From positions 57,660,001 to 57,724,000 of the forward strand of contig OX597821.1 in assembly GCA_951406725.2 (NCBI GenBank): a stretch of DNA of 64,000 nucleotides. Direction: 5' to 3'. Source of the stretch: Octopus vulgaris (Eukaryota). Below the pieces are notes generated by a model. That model did not search any database and had not been told where the DNA came from. It saw only the letters and a program-made list of their open reading frames with translations. The position numbers and the translations under genes were made by a program. Numbering within the stretch: the first letter of the stretch is position 1; each line of letters begins with the position of its first letter. Positions 1-15,236 of this stretch are shown piece after piece.

Positions 1-300
1 GTAATGGACCACGCATGTTTACATGTGTTGTGTTAGAGGTGGAGATGATATCGAGTCAAACTACATCATTTCGTTTCGAAAATAGTAATGAATTTCAATG
101 AGTATTACTTACTCGGATATAGTCCAATCCTTTGTTAGTAAATCTTTGGCTCCATACGATGTCCTTGTTTTCGATGTTTGTGGATAGATTTCGGAGCTCT
201 GTTTTATCGTTCTTACATCTTAAACGTCCCCCGGTGTCACTTCTTCCTTAAATGTCCAACGGTGTCACTTCTTATATTATTGTTATTATTATTATTATTG

Positions 301-532
<232 letters not shown>

Positions 533-550
533 ATTATTATTCATTGTTAT

Positions 551-730
<180 letters not shown>

Positions 731-755
731 TTATTATTATTATTATTATTATTAT

Positions 756-1147
756 TGAGTGAGAGAGCAGTTCATGCCATCAAAGTGACACTGGGGTAAA
801 ATATACGAAGCCCAATATACCCATCATGACTACCCGTCTGATAAGGGTACACCAGGCACATGCATCACAACCATATGTGCGCGACATGGTGATCTCATAT
901 CAAGATAAACAACACATGACCTTGCAGGTGGGGCCCAGTTAGAATTTTCTTCAGGTTGAGTAGCCCATCCCGCTCAAAAGGTCCTTGAATAAGGGTTGTT
1001 TAAGGATGTTGAAAGAACCACCCATGTTTCCAGAGGTGAATTATTCAAACCCCAAAGAATCCCTCTCAACAGATGGCTATGATGCTGCCCCACTACTTCG
1101 GCTCGTGATCAGAGATGCACATATCGTCAGCCACTAAGGGACATGCT
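756..1147 (-). mobile_element. Interspersed repeat copy 1, probable 3' UTR of a (TAA)n-tailed LINE
   Basis: Highly similar to 1165-1523 (gagagcag..catgccatcaaagtgacactggggtaaaa...cactaagggaca); flanked on both sides by ATT repeats. Confidence 0.6.
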
Positions 1148-1164
1148 CTTATTATCATTATTAT

Positions 1165-1708
1165 TGAGCAAGAGAGCAGTGCATGCCATCAAAGTGACAC
1201 TGGGGTAAAATATACGAAGCCCAGTATACCCATCATGACTACCCGTCTGATAAGGGTACACTAGGCACATGCATCACAAACATATGTGCGCGAAATGGTG
1301 ATCTCATATCAGTATAAACAGCGCATGACCTTGCAGGTGGGGGCCATCCTGCTCAAAAGGTCCCTGAATAAGGCTTGTTTAAGGATGTTGAACGAAACAC
1401 CCATGTTTTCAGAGGTGAAATATTTAAACCCCAAAGAATCCCTCTCAACACATGGCTATGATGCTCCCCCACTACTTCTGCTCGTGATCAGAGATGCACA
1501 TATCGTCAGTCACTAAGGGACATTGTCAACTGGTTATGGTCAAACAACTGACAAGCAAATCTGTGGTATTGAGCAGAATAGTTGCTGTAGCCCATCTTTT
1601 ATACCGAGGCAAAACAATGTACACGATAACACTTCCAATCAGTTAAGATCAGAAGCCATGAGAGCCACTGTCTGGTACTGCATCAGGGCATTGGTTTCCA
1701 TGCCGGGA
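1165..1708 (-). mobile_element. Interspersed repeat copy 2 (longer), probable 3' UTR of a (TAA)n-tailed LINE
   Basis: Same left (3') end as 756-1147 but a different truncation point; lacks a ~30 bp segment present in copy 1; embedded in ATT repeats. Confidence 0.6.
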
Positions 1709-1854
<146 letters not shown>

Positions 1855-1868
1855 CATCATTAACATTA

Positions 1869-1932
<64 letters not shown>

Positions 1933-2828
1933 CATTATCATTGTTATTATTATTATTATCATTATTATTAACTCTAATAAAAATAATGTAGTTATAAAAA
2001 AACCAATGCTGCTATGCAGAAAAAGTTTGTCTCCATTTTAGTAAAAAGTAAATATGGTTATTCAAATATTATAAATATAATTACCTTTTCCGAAAAGAAA
2101 GTGTGCTTTGTACAAGTTGTAAATTTACTTGCAGCACACAGCTTTAAAAACAGAAATAGCATACGTACACCGTACTCATGGCAACTATTGGAAGATGTGT
2201 ATATATATGTACACATAAAACTGACGAGTATGTATCAAAGCCAGTGATTGCGATATAAAATAACAGTTTGTGAAAGTAACTGTATAACATATCCTTTACT
2301 GCAGCAAAATGCTTACAAATTATTACCTTCCCATGTGATATTGTCGCTGCAAGTATGGTCTTTAAGGCAGCCAGTTGGAAATATTTCCTTTAATAACAGT
2401 AGCTACATCTCTTCAAATAAGTAAATATGATGTTTCTGATGTGTCTATAAAACGTTTATGTTCGTTGTTCATGAGTAAACATTCGGCATGTGGTTTTAGG
2501 GTCGATATTCAGTAGAATTTTAAGAGATGTCCATTTTTTAATAACTAAGGAAATTTGATAATTCTAAAAGTTTGAAACAGGTAAATTAAATGCAGATTAA
2601 AACGAACGCAGGCAGAGCCGTGTAGTTCGGCAAAAGTAGCTAACAGAATAAGTACCAGACTTTAAAAAAAATAGATAAAAACGGAAGTTAATTTGTTCGG
2701 CTAAATCCCTCAAGGCTGTGCATCAGCATGGTCGCGTTCTAATGATTGAAACAAGCAAAATGTGAAGAGATATTAAGCAATCTAAACCTTAAGTAAAACC
2801 TAGAAAATTTCAAATGTTCCAGCTATAA

Positions 2829-3220
2829 TCTCTCTGTACATAAAGCTGAAGTTGTCTGTGTATGGCGGGTTTGGTAGCCTTCAACTAACACTATCTCCTC
2901 CGAGACCCTGCGGCGCAAGTTGACCAAAATGGAGAATATGATAGAAGAAGGCTTGCTCTACCTTCCGCAGAAGAAAAAAATCAAATCGAACCATATTAAC
3001 ACCAAAAATTATTTACATCAAAAAGGTGCTTGTTTTCTATGAAGATCCCTATTTTTTACGATTGTTTGACTGCTGTGTCGCCATTTTTCGGTGTATTTCA
3101 ACCAGAAAAATATTCACTTAAAGAGAATAACAAGCTACATAATGCAAAACTTTTACTTTTCAAAAATTCCAATTCTAAAGGGTCGAAACAAACCCGAGCA
3201 ACGCCGGGCGATGCTGTTAG
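2829..3220 (+). mobile_element. Non-autonomous Helitron
   Basis: Starts A|TC (tctctctgtacataaagctgaagttgtctgt); subterminal GC hairpin cccgagcaacgccggg; ends TTAG|T (CTRR variant); no TSD. Confidence 0.7.
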
Positions 3221-3255
3221 TAGAAATAAAATTGAACTTTCAGTCAGTTTTGTCC

Positions 3256-3430
3256 AGTGGTTCTCAACGAATTTTTCCTATTGACCCCTTGATTCCGATA
3301 TCATTCTACTGCTCCCTCATAGCTATTCGATGTATATAAAAAAATACTACTGTATTTTTACTATTAATTATTATCAGGAATTGTACAAAAGATAATATAT
3401 CTTGTGCGTTGTAGAAATATAAACAATTTA
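3256..3430 (+). mobile_element. hAT-Charlie-like MITE fragment (related copy at about 53318-53420)
   Basis: Begins cagtggttctcaac (Charlie-type TIR start); 53318 begins cagtggttcgcaac and shares ctac...attttta...aattgt. Confidence 0.45.
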
Positions 3431-3869
3431 TTGCAGATAAACTAAGCAGGACGCCGGTCTGTTGCAGGGTTCATCGCCAGTAATTAATGAGGAGACACCG
3501 GTGCTTGACTGGTACTTCATTTTATCGACCCGGAAAGGATGAAAGGCAAAGGTAATCTCGGCGGAACTCGGAACGTAGTAGCTGAGGAGATACTGCGAAG
3601 CATTTTGTCCAACATGCTAATGATTCTGTCAGGACATCGTATCCAATGATATTTTTTTTTTCCTTTCAACTATAGGCACAAGACCTGAAATTTTAGGTGA
3701 AATGGCTCGTCAACTACACTGATCCTTGTACTTGCCTGGTACTTTATTTCATCGATTCTGAAATGATGAAATGCAAAATTGCCATCGATGGGATTTGAGC
3801 TCAGAACTTAAAGATGCGGAAGACATGCCGTCAGACGAGCTAACGATTCTGCCAGGTCATCGCTTACTC

Positions 3870-4185
3870 TCTCTTTTCTCTTTTTCTCTTTTACTTGTTT
3901 CAGTCATTTGACTGCGGCCATGCTGGAGCACCGCCTTTAGTCGAGCAACTCGACCCCAGGACTTATTCTTTGTAAGCCTAGCATCGGTTGTCAAGCGATG
4001 TTGGGGGGACAGACACAGATACACAAACATATACACACGCATACATATATGCATATATACGACGGGCTTCTTTCAGTTTATGTCTACCAAATCCACTCAC
4101 AAGGCTTTAGTTGGCCCGAGGCTATAGTAGAAGACACTTGCCCAAGGTGCCACGCAGTGGGACTGAACCCGGAACCATGTGGTAT
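3870..4185 (-). mobile_element. tRNA-derived SINE family A
   Basis: Reverse complement of the consensus seen at 53893-54305 (gttcagtcccactgcgtggcaccttgggcaag...ggcggtgctccagcatggccgcagtcaaatgactgaaacaagtaaaagag). Confidence 0.85.
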
Positions 4186-5356
4186 ACGCTGACATTTTTT
4201 TTTCTTCTTTCAACTAAAAGCGCATGATCTGAAATTTCAGGGGAGATGGTTTGTCAACTACATTGACATCCTAAGGGATGAAATGCAAAGTTGCCATTGG
4301 CAGGGATTGAGCTCGAAACTTAAAGGGCCAGAAGACGTTTAGCATATTCTTTGCCAATTCGCCGCCTCCAATGACGAAAGGTGTTATATATTTCCCTAGA
4401 ACTGCCAAACGAATGCCTTGCAATGTTGTCGAATTCATTTTCTATCGAAATACGAATGGTTTGTCTACACAGCAAATACTAATGCATAAAATGTTCAGAT
4501 GTAACTGTGTTGTATGTTATGAAGTGTCACTTCTATTATCTTCAAGTGGTCAGTAGCAAGCCTGCGCATTATGATAAATAATGGAAAATTCAAAGAGTCA
4601 TATAGACATGTTGGGTTCTCCACAGGAAGAAAATCAAAACGGCTACACTTTTATGTATCCAGCTAAACCATAGAAAAGAAACGGTGAATAAAATACTTTT
4701 AAAATCTTATGGTTGAACCAAAAGGAATAAACATACAAACATAAATACATATACATACATACACACTCATATGCATAACTACATACATACATACACACAC
4801 ATACATACGTACATACATAGATACATGCATAAATACACATACATACGTATCTACATACATACATACACGCATACATATATACATACATAGAAGCATACAA
4901 ACAAACGCAAACACACACACAAACATACATACATCCATATTTACATACAAATAAACATGCATACATACATTCATACATACATATATACATGCATACATAC
5001 ACATACATACACACAAACATACATACATTCATATATACATATACACATACACAGACATGCATACCGGTAGACAGACAGATAGACAGACAGACACGCAGAC
5101 ACACAGCTAAACAACATATTTCAACCATTTAAGAACAGCCTAAAGCGTTTATGTCCTCTTTTTAGTTCAAAATTTTCTCTGGTTTAATAGTCGTTTCTAT
5201 AATGAAAGGTCAAAACCTTACCCCATACTTGTGCTTCGCAAATGTAACAGCTGAATGTATTTAGTAATACATGCTTAAAAATCCTGATGAGGTGAGTGGT
5301 TGGAACTTTCTTTTAAACCTACACTGGCTTAATATAACCTTTGTCCATATGATCCA

Positions 5357-5395
<39 letters not shown>

Positions 5396-5879
5396 ACGGG
5401 TATTGAAACGATCGTATCTAATTAATAAGTGCGCCACAGACAATTCCATTCCTTTATTTTATACACTAGGTTTTCAATTTTTGCGCAGTATTTTGTATTT
5501 ACTGGATTGTTTTGTCTCTACTCTACTTTCTGTTTAGTTTGGAGTTTGCATGGAGTGTTGATTGAGGCATTCTCCTGGATTTTCTGAATTGCCTCCTTAT
5601 GTATGTATTTCTTTACTTGTTTCAGTCACTAGACTGCGGCAACGCTGGAGCACCGCCTTGATGAATTTTAGTCGAACGAATCGACCGCACTACATATTTT
5701 GAAGCCTGGTACTTATTCTATCGGTCACTTTTGCCGAACCGCTAAGTTACAGGGACGTAAACACATCATCACCAGTTGTCAATCGGTGGTAGGGAACAAA
5801 CGCAGACATTCACATAAACACATCTGTATATATATATATATATATATATGATGGGCTTATTTCAGTTTCCGTCTACCAA

Positions 5880-6095
5880 GGCATCGAGCTGGCAGAGTCG
5901 TTAGTATGCCGGGCAAAATGCTGATGACCGTCATTTCGTCCGTCTTTTCATTCTAAGTTCAAATTCCGCCGAGGTCGATTTTGCTTTTCATTCTTTTAGG
6001 GTCGATAACATGAGTACCGGCTGAGTAAAGGAGTCGATATAATCGACTTAAACTGCTCCTCAAATTGCTGGCCATCTGCCAAAATTTGACAGCAA
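5880..6095 (+). mobile_element. tRNA-derived SINE family B
   Basis: gagctggcagagtcgttag...gttcaaattccgccgaggtcgattttgcttttcat... with B-box GTTCAAAT; many other copies in the window. Confidence 0.8.
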
Positions 6096-7425
6096 TATAA
6101 TTAATACGGTTCGTAGAGTAAACAGCAAATTTGTTACAATATACAAGATAAATACTTTTAATTTTCTACGATAGTTTTACGCTAAAGCGTCCATTGTTTA
6201 AATTATTGGAATTCAGGTGAAAAAAAAAATATATATATATATACTTCGAAAACCCCACACTTTTACACAGAGCTTATAAATTCACCTTTATACCAATAAA
6301 TTATTTTATGGGTAAATACGTAAGTGACATGGACAAGCTGCGATTTTCAGAAAATGAAATCAACTATTTAAAAAGTACATTAATCTGTAAATAGAACAGT
6401 AAAAGTATGCGAGATTTTTTCAAGTTCTAAATTTACTATTCTTTTAGTTGTTTGCATTACAACGATGGAGTGTTGTGTCTTCGTTAAAAATCAGCTCCTT
6501 CCTTATGAAAAGACATCAAATATTTAAAAATAGAAAAGTCATACATGCACACACATACACATGCGTGATCACACACACACACTTGCGCGCATACATACAT
6601 GCGCGCATACATACATGCGCGTGTGCAGATACATGCGCGTGTGCAAACGCATGTGCGTAGACACTCCCACACGTATACACCTACAGATGTATTTTTGTAT
6701 GTAAAAACTGTTGCAATGTGCAATTCAATTCCTGACCTAATTAGGCAAAAATAAGATATAGTTTATACCTGCCCCATCCAGACAGTGGAAAGAATGCCCA
6801 TACGGCAGCACTGATCCATACACAGGCAGCAATTAAGTGATAGTGAAAGTGTTTCAAGTGGCAGTCTGAAAGAAAGGGAAAACAAATATAAGATATGTTT
6901 ATACGAAACTTACATACCTGTTACACAAGCAATGGCGCACACAGCAACCACATGTTTATATACATATACAAAGAGAGTGAGTGAGAGTGAGAGAGAGAGA
7001 GAGAGAACGAGAGCGAGAGAAAGAACGAAGCGAGAGAACAAATATTGAAGGATATCAATCTGGACAAAATACTTCATTAGTAAAGAACTCCTAGTAATCT
7101 TTTGGTAGTGTTTATGATTCATCACAATTCTAAAGTGTAAATCTGTAGGACTCCAGACAAACTGCGTCTTACAGATATTGATATATAAGAAACAAGTTAA
7201 AAACAATGGTCATTCATTTTGCCTCAATTGATATATATATATATATATATTGATCAATTGATCAATAGATCAATATATGTATACATATACACGCACATAC
7301 AAGCACACACATACTTTTCTGTGAAGGACTTACATGCCCCATTATTAGACTATTTTCCCTTGTCATTGCGCGGTGATCGCTATAAGCTTTAAGCTTACAA
7401 ATCATATATATGTACATATATATAT

Positions 7426-7458
<33 letters not shown>

Positions 7459-7772
7459 GATAGAGAGAAGCGGAATCCCTCTTCTCTCTCTCCCACTCTC
7501 TACCTATCAATCTATCTGTTCGACTATCTATCTATGTATTTATCTATTTATCTATTTAGCTATCTATCTATCAGCCTCACACACACACACACATATATAT
7601 ATATCATATAGAATAGACTAAAATAGACCTCCGTGGGTGTATTCGTTTTTCACGCAAAAACGGCTGCGCGAATTGGTTGCATACTGGGAATGCATGAATA
7701 CTATAACCTCGGATACACAATAGGCTATTTATTATTTTTTTATTATTAAAACTAAATTAAAAAATAATATTG

Positions 7773-7822
<50 letters not shown>

Positions 7823-7873
7823 ATAAATATATGTGTGTGTATGTGTGTGTGTGTATGTATATGTATATCTATA

Positions 7874-7941
<68 letters not shown>

Positions 7942-8329
7942 AGCGTTTATCGTGAATATATGTGAATATATGCAATAACATAGCACATGCACGCGGCGCG
8001 CAGGGAAATGAGGTCACAGAAAAAGTCATATTTCATTACAATACATAGATAGCAGTTAAAACATTTAAATGAACATTATGTGGAGACCTTTGTGCTTTTT
8101 AACTTGACAATATATTACTTCTGTAAAATAACAACATAATTTCTAGGAGAGCATTACTCGTGTGTGAAAGAAATTTAACCATTTATTCACTACTTTTTAC
8201 GAAACAAATGAAACAATAGAACAAATGGAAATGTTGAAGCAATAAATTATTGACAATTTCCTGTGATTATATTCTGTAAATCAAAATTTTTTTTTCTTAA
8301 ATTCACGCACGCAAATATCTCTGCGCGTG

Positions 8330-8385
<56 letters not shown>

Positions 8386-8424
8386 CACACACACACACAT
8401 ATATATATATATACATATACATAC

Positions 8425-8513
<89 letters not shown>

Positions 8514-8522
8514 CCTCTCTCG

Positions 8523-8563
<41 letters not shown>

Positions 8564-8773
8564 AAGCCGGCTAAGTCGGAATTTCATTGAATAATAGTCA
8601 GCTTGTCACTTTTTATTATTTGCAATTTTACAATATTGAAATAAACTATTTCTTTCATACGTTACACAATCATCAGGTTTATATAATGATACTTGTGCTC
8701 CAAAATTGACAAATATATATATATATACTTAGATAGATATATATCTATATATACATACATATATATATACACA

Positions 8774-8882
<109 letters not shown>

Positions 8883-9064
8883 TAACAGTTTGTTCCTCTA
8901 AATATATTCATAAATATATAAATAACTAAACATTTATTAACTTGTTTAATAAAAGCCTAAGTATATATTATCCGAATTCTAATAACATTTATCGAGTGGA
9001 TACTTGAATATAATGTTGGCTTACAGTAATATATGTCCAAATATAGTTTAATGATAGTTAATTC

Positions 9065-9250
9065 GTTTCTACTCTAGGCACAAGGCCCGAAATGTGGTGG
9101 GAGGGGACCAGTCGATTCAATCGACCCCAGTACGCAACTAGTACTTAATTTATCGACCCCGAAAGAATGAAAGATAAAGTCGACCTCGGCGGAATTTGAA
9201 CTTAGAACGTTAAGATAGACGTGCTAATGTTTCTGCCAGTTCGTTGCCTA
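9065..9250 (-). mobile_element. SINE family B (tail type gggccttgtgcctagagtagaaa)
   Basis: Reverse complement of the family B consensus. Confidence 0.8.
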
Positions 9251-9851
9251 TAATAATAGCTAATTAAAATACGCTGTGTAACATATATTACATAGAAAAA
9301 TGCGAGCAAAGAATATTCATGTGATTATAAACCTGGAAAATTACAGGGTAAGATATTACATTGGGAAAAGTTCAGGACAACTTATTACATCTGGTACAGT
9401 ACAGAACAAGAAAACCTTTACTTAAAATATTGCAGCTAAGGATAAAATTTCAAATATAATATTTAGATTTAGAAAATATTAGCTTTTATTAAAACTAAAA
9501 CTTTTATTACAGGTTATTACTTCTATTTGTTATTACTTCTTACTTCTATTAAAAGTTTTTAAAAACTCAAAATATTTTTGCATTTGAAAAAAATCATTTT
9601 TTAAATTATGAATTAATAAACAGAAATTTGAAAATAGGTTATAACAAATAATAGTAGAACATAATTAGTTAATACAATAAATAGAATAATACAAACATTA
9701 GTTATATATTACAGTAAAATCTACCCATAACAACAAATTCACAGTAAAATTTGCTTGAGTTATTGCCTAAGTTATTTATTGTAAAGTCTTCACATTTTTA
9801 GTCTTGAGTCAATGCCTATAATTTTTACATAATGAATTAGTCTGCCATATA

Positions 9852-11660
9852 CAGGCACACCTCACTCTACGTCGTTAATTGATTCCAGGAAACAAAACTC
9901 AAGTCTAGGCTAAACCGATAACAACCGTTCCCAGTTCTGTACTTTATTTATGAATGCATTTTCAATAATACTTAGTTAATACAAATCTATTTTAAACTTA
10001 CAAACAAATCATTTTTATTTTTTAATACAGTACAGTAAAAAAAAGGTAATCTAAATTTACGAATACAATTTGGCGGCGTTTACCGTACATTGCGGACGTT
10101 TTATTTATGAATGTGGTTTGCAATAAGACATGGTAAAATAAAAGCCTTTTTTAAGTCTAAAAAACAAATTCAGTAATTATTATTTTGCAATAGTAAAAAA
10201 AAACTAAATTATTTTAAATTTGCCAATACGTACATACAATTTGACGGTTTACATCGCGGATGTAGATGGCTGTGGATTGTCAACATCAACAGCTGACTCT
10301 GGCAGTTCTTATTGTTCGATGCGCTTAAAGAATCGTTTGAGACTTTGTTGAACTATCTTCTTTTCTTCAACAATTACATTATAACTTTATTAGGAGTAAA
10401 ACTTCGTGACAAGACCCCATAATCTTGGAAAAGCGTTGAGCATTTGGATCCATATCCTCGAACATAGAAAGACCTTTTTCAATATATGCAAATGCTTACT
10501 GCATTTTTTCAATGGTAAAGTAACGTGCCTCAGGTTCGACTTCTTTTTTATTTTGATTCTCGTGAAGTTCTGTCAAATACTCGTTCGTCAGAGACTGCTT
10601 GTCTTTTTCAAATAAATCTGTGAAATCCTCTTCCTCTAAATCCATTTCCAGTTCTTTGCTCGTAGTCACCAACGTTTTGTTGATGGCAATATTATCAAAC
10701 CCCTTAAAATCATTCATGAACTGTGGGCATAGCTTCTTCATGCACCATTCTATACATAATTCCATGCCACTGCTATGTTCTGTACAACCTTGTAGACATC
10801 GCATCTCTTCCAAAAGTCACGAAGTGTGATGGACTCATGAAGATCAGTTGCAGCTATTGCTTGCCGCAGCGTATGCTTCACATAGTAACGCTTGAAGATA
10901 GCAATTATTCCTTGATACATTGGCTGCATAAGAGTCGTGGTGTTCGGATGGTGGTATATGACGGTAACGTTGGGGTCAAAACCTGCGAACGTTTTGCGGG
11001 TGGCCAGGAGCATTATCTAAGATTAGTAAAACCTTAAAATGAACCCCCTTCTCCTTACCATACTTCTCTGCTACCGGGATAAAAGGATTAAAGAATCAAT
11101 CTTCAAAAACAACAACAGTAACCCATACTTTTGAATTAGCCACCCATATAACATGGAGAGATGCCTTGGGCATGTTCTTCAGGTCACAGTTACCTCCCAA
11201 CATAATGGTCACACGTTCTTTTGAGATATGGTAACCTGGAATAGTTTTCTCCTCCTTGGAAATAAATGAACGGTCTGGCAATTTTTTCCAATACAATCCA
11301 GTTTCGTCTACGTTAAAAATCTGTTCGGGAAGAAACCCATTTTCTTCGATGATTTTCTTTTATGCATTAGGAAATTCCGCTGCTGCTTGTTCCTCGGCTG
11401 ATGCACTTTCACCTTGCTTCTTAATGGAGTGATAACTTCTTCACTCCTTAAATCGCATGAACCATCCTTGACTTACCTTGAACTCTACATATTTCTCATC
11501 TAGATATTTTTTCTTCGGGTCCTCAAACAAAGACAACGCTTTCTCTTGAATGATTTCTTGACTAATAGTAGCACACTGACGATTCAACTTAACAATCCAA
11601 AGAGAAAGAAGACTTTCCATTTCTTCGAGATTTTGACTCTTTGCTTATTGATGACTGTGT
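9852..11660 (-). mobile_element. Tigger/pogo DNA transposon remnant with frameshifted transposase (CENP-B HTH + DDE_1)
   Basis: Minus-strand peptides EFKVSQGWFMRF, EQIFNVDETGLYWKKLPDRSFISKEEK, HPNTTTLMQPMYQGIIAIFKRYY, LRDFWK, WCMKKLCPQF; TA|CAGGCACACCTCACTCTACGTCG TIR-like end at 9852; second TIR not found. Confidence 0.9.
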
Positions 11661-12429
11661 TCTTCGCACATATCAAATCTGACGCCTAAATTTTCTTAGG
11701 ATTCAAGGGGAAAAGAGTAAAGTCGCAAATGAATGAGAATGAGAAAATAGCCGATAAACAAAAGTAAACAAATCTGAATTCAAAACAATTTTTTATGCTA
11801 AAATGTAACTAGGGACCAGCCCTCTTCAAAAATGTCCAATTTGGTTAAGAATTGAATTAGTGACAAGCTCTGAAAGATGCTGCGTATGAGTAAATTGCGG
11901 CCTTAAGAATAATATTGAACTACTATCATAGCTGAATGATAGAATCTACTATGAAGTAAATTAGTATAACCAAAATCCTTATATAACTAGAACTGTATTT
12001 ATCTAACTATTCAATTAACCTTCTAATTGATATTTTATCTAATAAACACAAATATCAATTTTTTAGTAGTTTTTTCTTAAGTAAACACAACTCAATGACG
12101 TAATACACATAATCTATATATCAGACAGACACGTAATAAACAATTCTTTCCTTATCTACTTCACGTATATAAAACAATAATAAAATAACTCCGAATTTTT
12201 TATTAATTTGATTAACTTTAATTTATAAACTAAAGATTGCTGTCTTTTTAGTTTCCTTTCGTTACTTTATTAAATTATAGAATGACAGATATATAAATAT
12301 ATTTTTCACACATATATAAAGGCAAACACACTCATACGTAAGTACATATAGCCGTGATATAAACAAACACACATACATACGTTAATATTCTATATGAATA
12401 TATATATATATATATAAATATATATAAAA

Positions 12430-12640
12430 AGGATTTTTAATGCTTTGGTTTGTGGTGAGTTTTTATTTGAGAACATATTCTTTGTGGAAAATAGCGATTT
12501 GACGTCTATATCTAGCATGTTGACCATCCACTTTTAGTGGTCAGTCCTTTAAATTTTGTATGTAAAAATATTTTAATCTTCGGATTTTTTTAATATGCTG
12601 GGCCACTGGTTTTAATTGATTGATATCAACTTCTACCCTT
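12430..12640 (-). pseudogene. Possible degraded Penelope-like RT fragment
   Basis: Minus strand gives LKPVAQHIK and MLDIDVKSLFS, resembling the PLE RT 'DV.SL(Y/F)T' motif; short and frameshifted. Confidence 0.35.
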
Positions 12641-12856
12641 ATTAAATGTTATATATATATACACTCACAAAAATGCTTCATCTAGTTTCTGTCAAACAAA
12701 TCCATTTACAAGGCTTTGGTTGGCCCGAATCTATAGTAGAAGACACTTACACTACGTGCCACGCAGTGGGACTGAACCTGGAACCATGAGGCTGGGAAGC
12801 AAGCTTCTTACTACATAGCCACGTCTGTCTCTCTTATGTATATATGTATATATATA

Positions 12857-12908
<52 letters not shown>

Positions 12909-14169
12909 TGTGTATATATATATGTATATATATATATGTATGTATATATATGTAAAGGTATGAGAGATATTGGTATCCAGAAGACCCAAGATGGCAGGTA
13001 ACGCTATGTAAGTACTATGGAAGGACCGTAGTTAAACTGCCGGTTCGATAATGATACGAATGAGGAGTCTAATTTGGGTCTTGTATGAGTATGTCTATGT
13101 TAAATAAAATGAGACAACAAAGGGTGTGTAAAATTTTCAGGATATTTATAAAGAGAAATTTGTGGATGGATTTGGTAGACGGTAACTGAATGAAGCCTGT
13201 GGTAAATATGTGTGTGTGTGCCTTTGTGTCTGTATTTGCCCACCGCTTGACAACCTGTGTTGGTGTGCTTACGTCCCTATAACTTAGTGGTTCATCAAAA
13301 GAGACTAATAGAATGAGTAGTAAGCTTTAAAAAAATAAGTCCTAGGGGTTGATTTATTCGACTAAAACCCATCAGAGCGGTGCTCCAGCATGGTCGCAAT
13401 CAAATGACTGAAACAATTAAAATAATTCTGTATTTATTCCTGATACCATCATCATTCCGTTAAAGGTATGCTTTAATGCGTCTATATAACTATATATCTT
13501 ATTAAGTATTCTAGTCTTTCTGTTTATATCTATTAAAGGATATTTTCAGATAATTATTAACCGCATCATTAAACTTAGAATATATTCAATTAAATGATTA
13601 TAGAGAAAATAACTAAGCTTTTTAAAACATAATAGTTTTTATATCAAACGTATTTGTATTTTTCTGCCGTAGGTGTAATACCGCACAATTTCCTTTTATT
13701 AATAATTTTAGCATGCAAGTTCCTCAAGGAATAGCGTTAAGTAGTAATACGAAATCTTGTAAATTGGATGTTTCCGAATATGTGTCTTTAATAGCTGGTT
13801 GTAAGTAAAAAAACACATTCACGACCAGAATGGAAAACGATATCTTGAACTTCAATGCTTAAAAGGTATGAAATGTATTAATGAGCCCCCTTAATTACAT
13901 CTGTGGATGTAATACATATGTCGTGTATATATAAATTGTGACGATATTTGGTCGACAAATGATGAGGGAAAGAGAATGTTTGCGTTTGCATAATTTTTCG
14001 CTTTTTTATCTGTAAATTTTTTGACGTCACTCTGTCACCTTTTTTATTGCACACAAACATATATACACGCAACACATACAAACATACACACACACGTACA
14101 TACACACACTTACACACAGTATATGTTTTTTGTGCGTGTATGTGTGTGTATATATATTTATATATATAT

Positions 14170-15159
14170 AGGGAGAATTCCCCAAAAACAAAAGACGAAG
14201 GCAGGTGGTGTAGACAACAAACAGATGTATTAGTTTAACGCTCGGGAAGGGAAAAGGTCTTTAACGTTTCTACCCTACGCTCTTCCACAGAAAGGAACAC
14301 AGAAAGAAACAAGGAGAGAACATAAAGAATGTGTAGTGGCTAGCGATCCATCATGGCGAATGCCGAACAAAGGGGTCACACAGGAGAGCTAGGAAGAAGG
14401 GGAGATAATAAACTAGCGGTGATCCCAAAACGAAGGTGCGCGTGCGTATGTATAAGAGAGCATGTATGTGCGTGGAAGAGGGCTGGTGACCTTGATGTGT
14501 GCATGTGTGCATGTGTAGGTGTGTTCATGATGGTGTGGGGCTAAGAAGTGGTCCAGTGCTAGTGTGTGTGTGGTGTGATGTGATGTGGTGTTGTATGGTA
14601 TGGTGGTGCATGGTGTGGTGGTGTGTGGTGTGATTTGGTGGTGTTAGGATTTGAGGGAGGCGAGAGTGTGGAAAGCAAGGGTGGGGTGCGGGTTAGGTTG
14701 AAGGTGGGGGTAGAGGTGGTGCATGTAGGAGTGGGTGTAAGGGATGGGTGGGGTGGAATGGGATGGATAGGGAAGGTGGGTTGGATTCTGTAGGGGTCAG
14801 GTTACGAGGGAGGGGTGACGTTGAAGGGAGAATGGGAAGGGAAAAGGTGGGTAGGAGCGAAGAGAAGAGAGAAGGAGAGTAGGAGTGAAGAGAAGTAGGA
14901 GTCGGAGCAAGGGAGGAGAGGTGGGAGGAATTAGGTGTGAGAGGAAGAGAGGAGAAGGGAGGAGGGTTAGATGAAGAGGGGAGGAGAGTTGAGCCCATGT
15001 GGGAGCGAAGGGAGAAGATTAATACCTGTTCACGGCAAAGACGGTAGTCCGGATGGCTCCTACGCAAGGATAATCCGAACACAGAGAGGGGTTGCAAAGA
15101 GTGACCAGTAGAGCGGAAATGGCGCGTAACCGGGGTGTGATTGCCGAGTCGGATGTCTC
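14170..15159 (-). mobile_element. Inverted 3' portion of a Penelope-like element (GIY-YIG C-terminus + pyrimidine-rich 3' region + terminal pLTR)
   Basis: Reverse-complement similarity to 16438-17640 (LSVFGLSLRRSHPDYRLCREQVLIFSLRS vs LSVFRLSLHRGHPDSRLRREQGLIFSLRS); abuts (TA)n on the left. Confidence 0.9.
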
Positions 15160-15236
15160 AGCGGTGTTGTATTATTATGTATATACACATGTCATACATG
15201 TGAAGGTGCATAGCTCAGTGATTAGAGCGTCGAGCT

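Noticed and set aside
5284-5420. CTGATGA at 5284 and GAAA-CGATCG-TA at 5405
   Set aside because: Separated by a (TA)n run, and stem I does not pair.
7610-7740. Helitron-like internal motifs (aaaacggctg...ataggcta)
   Set aside because: Termini could not be identified; too degraded to call.
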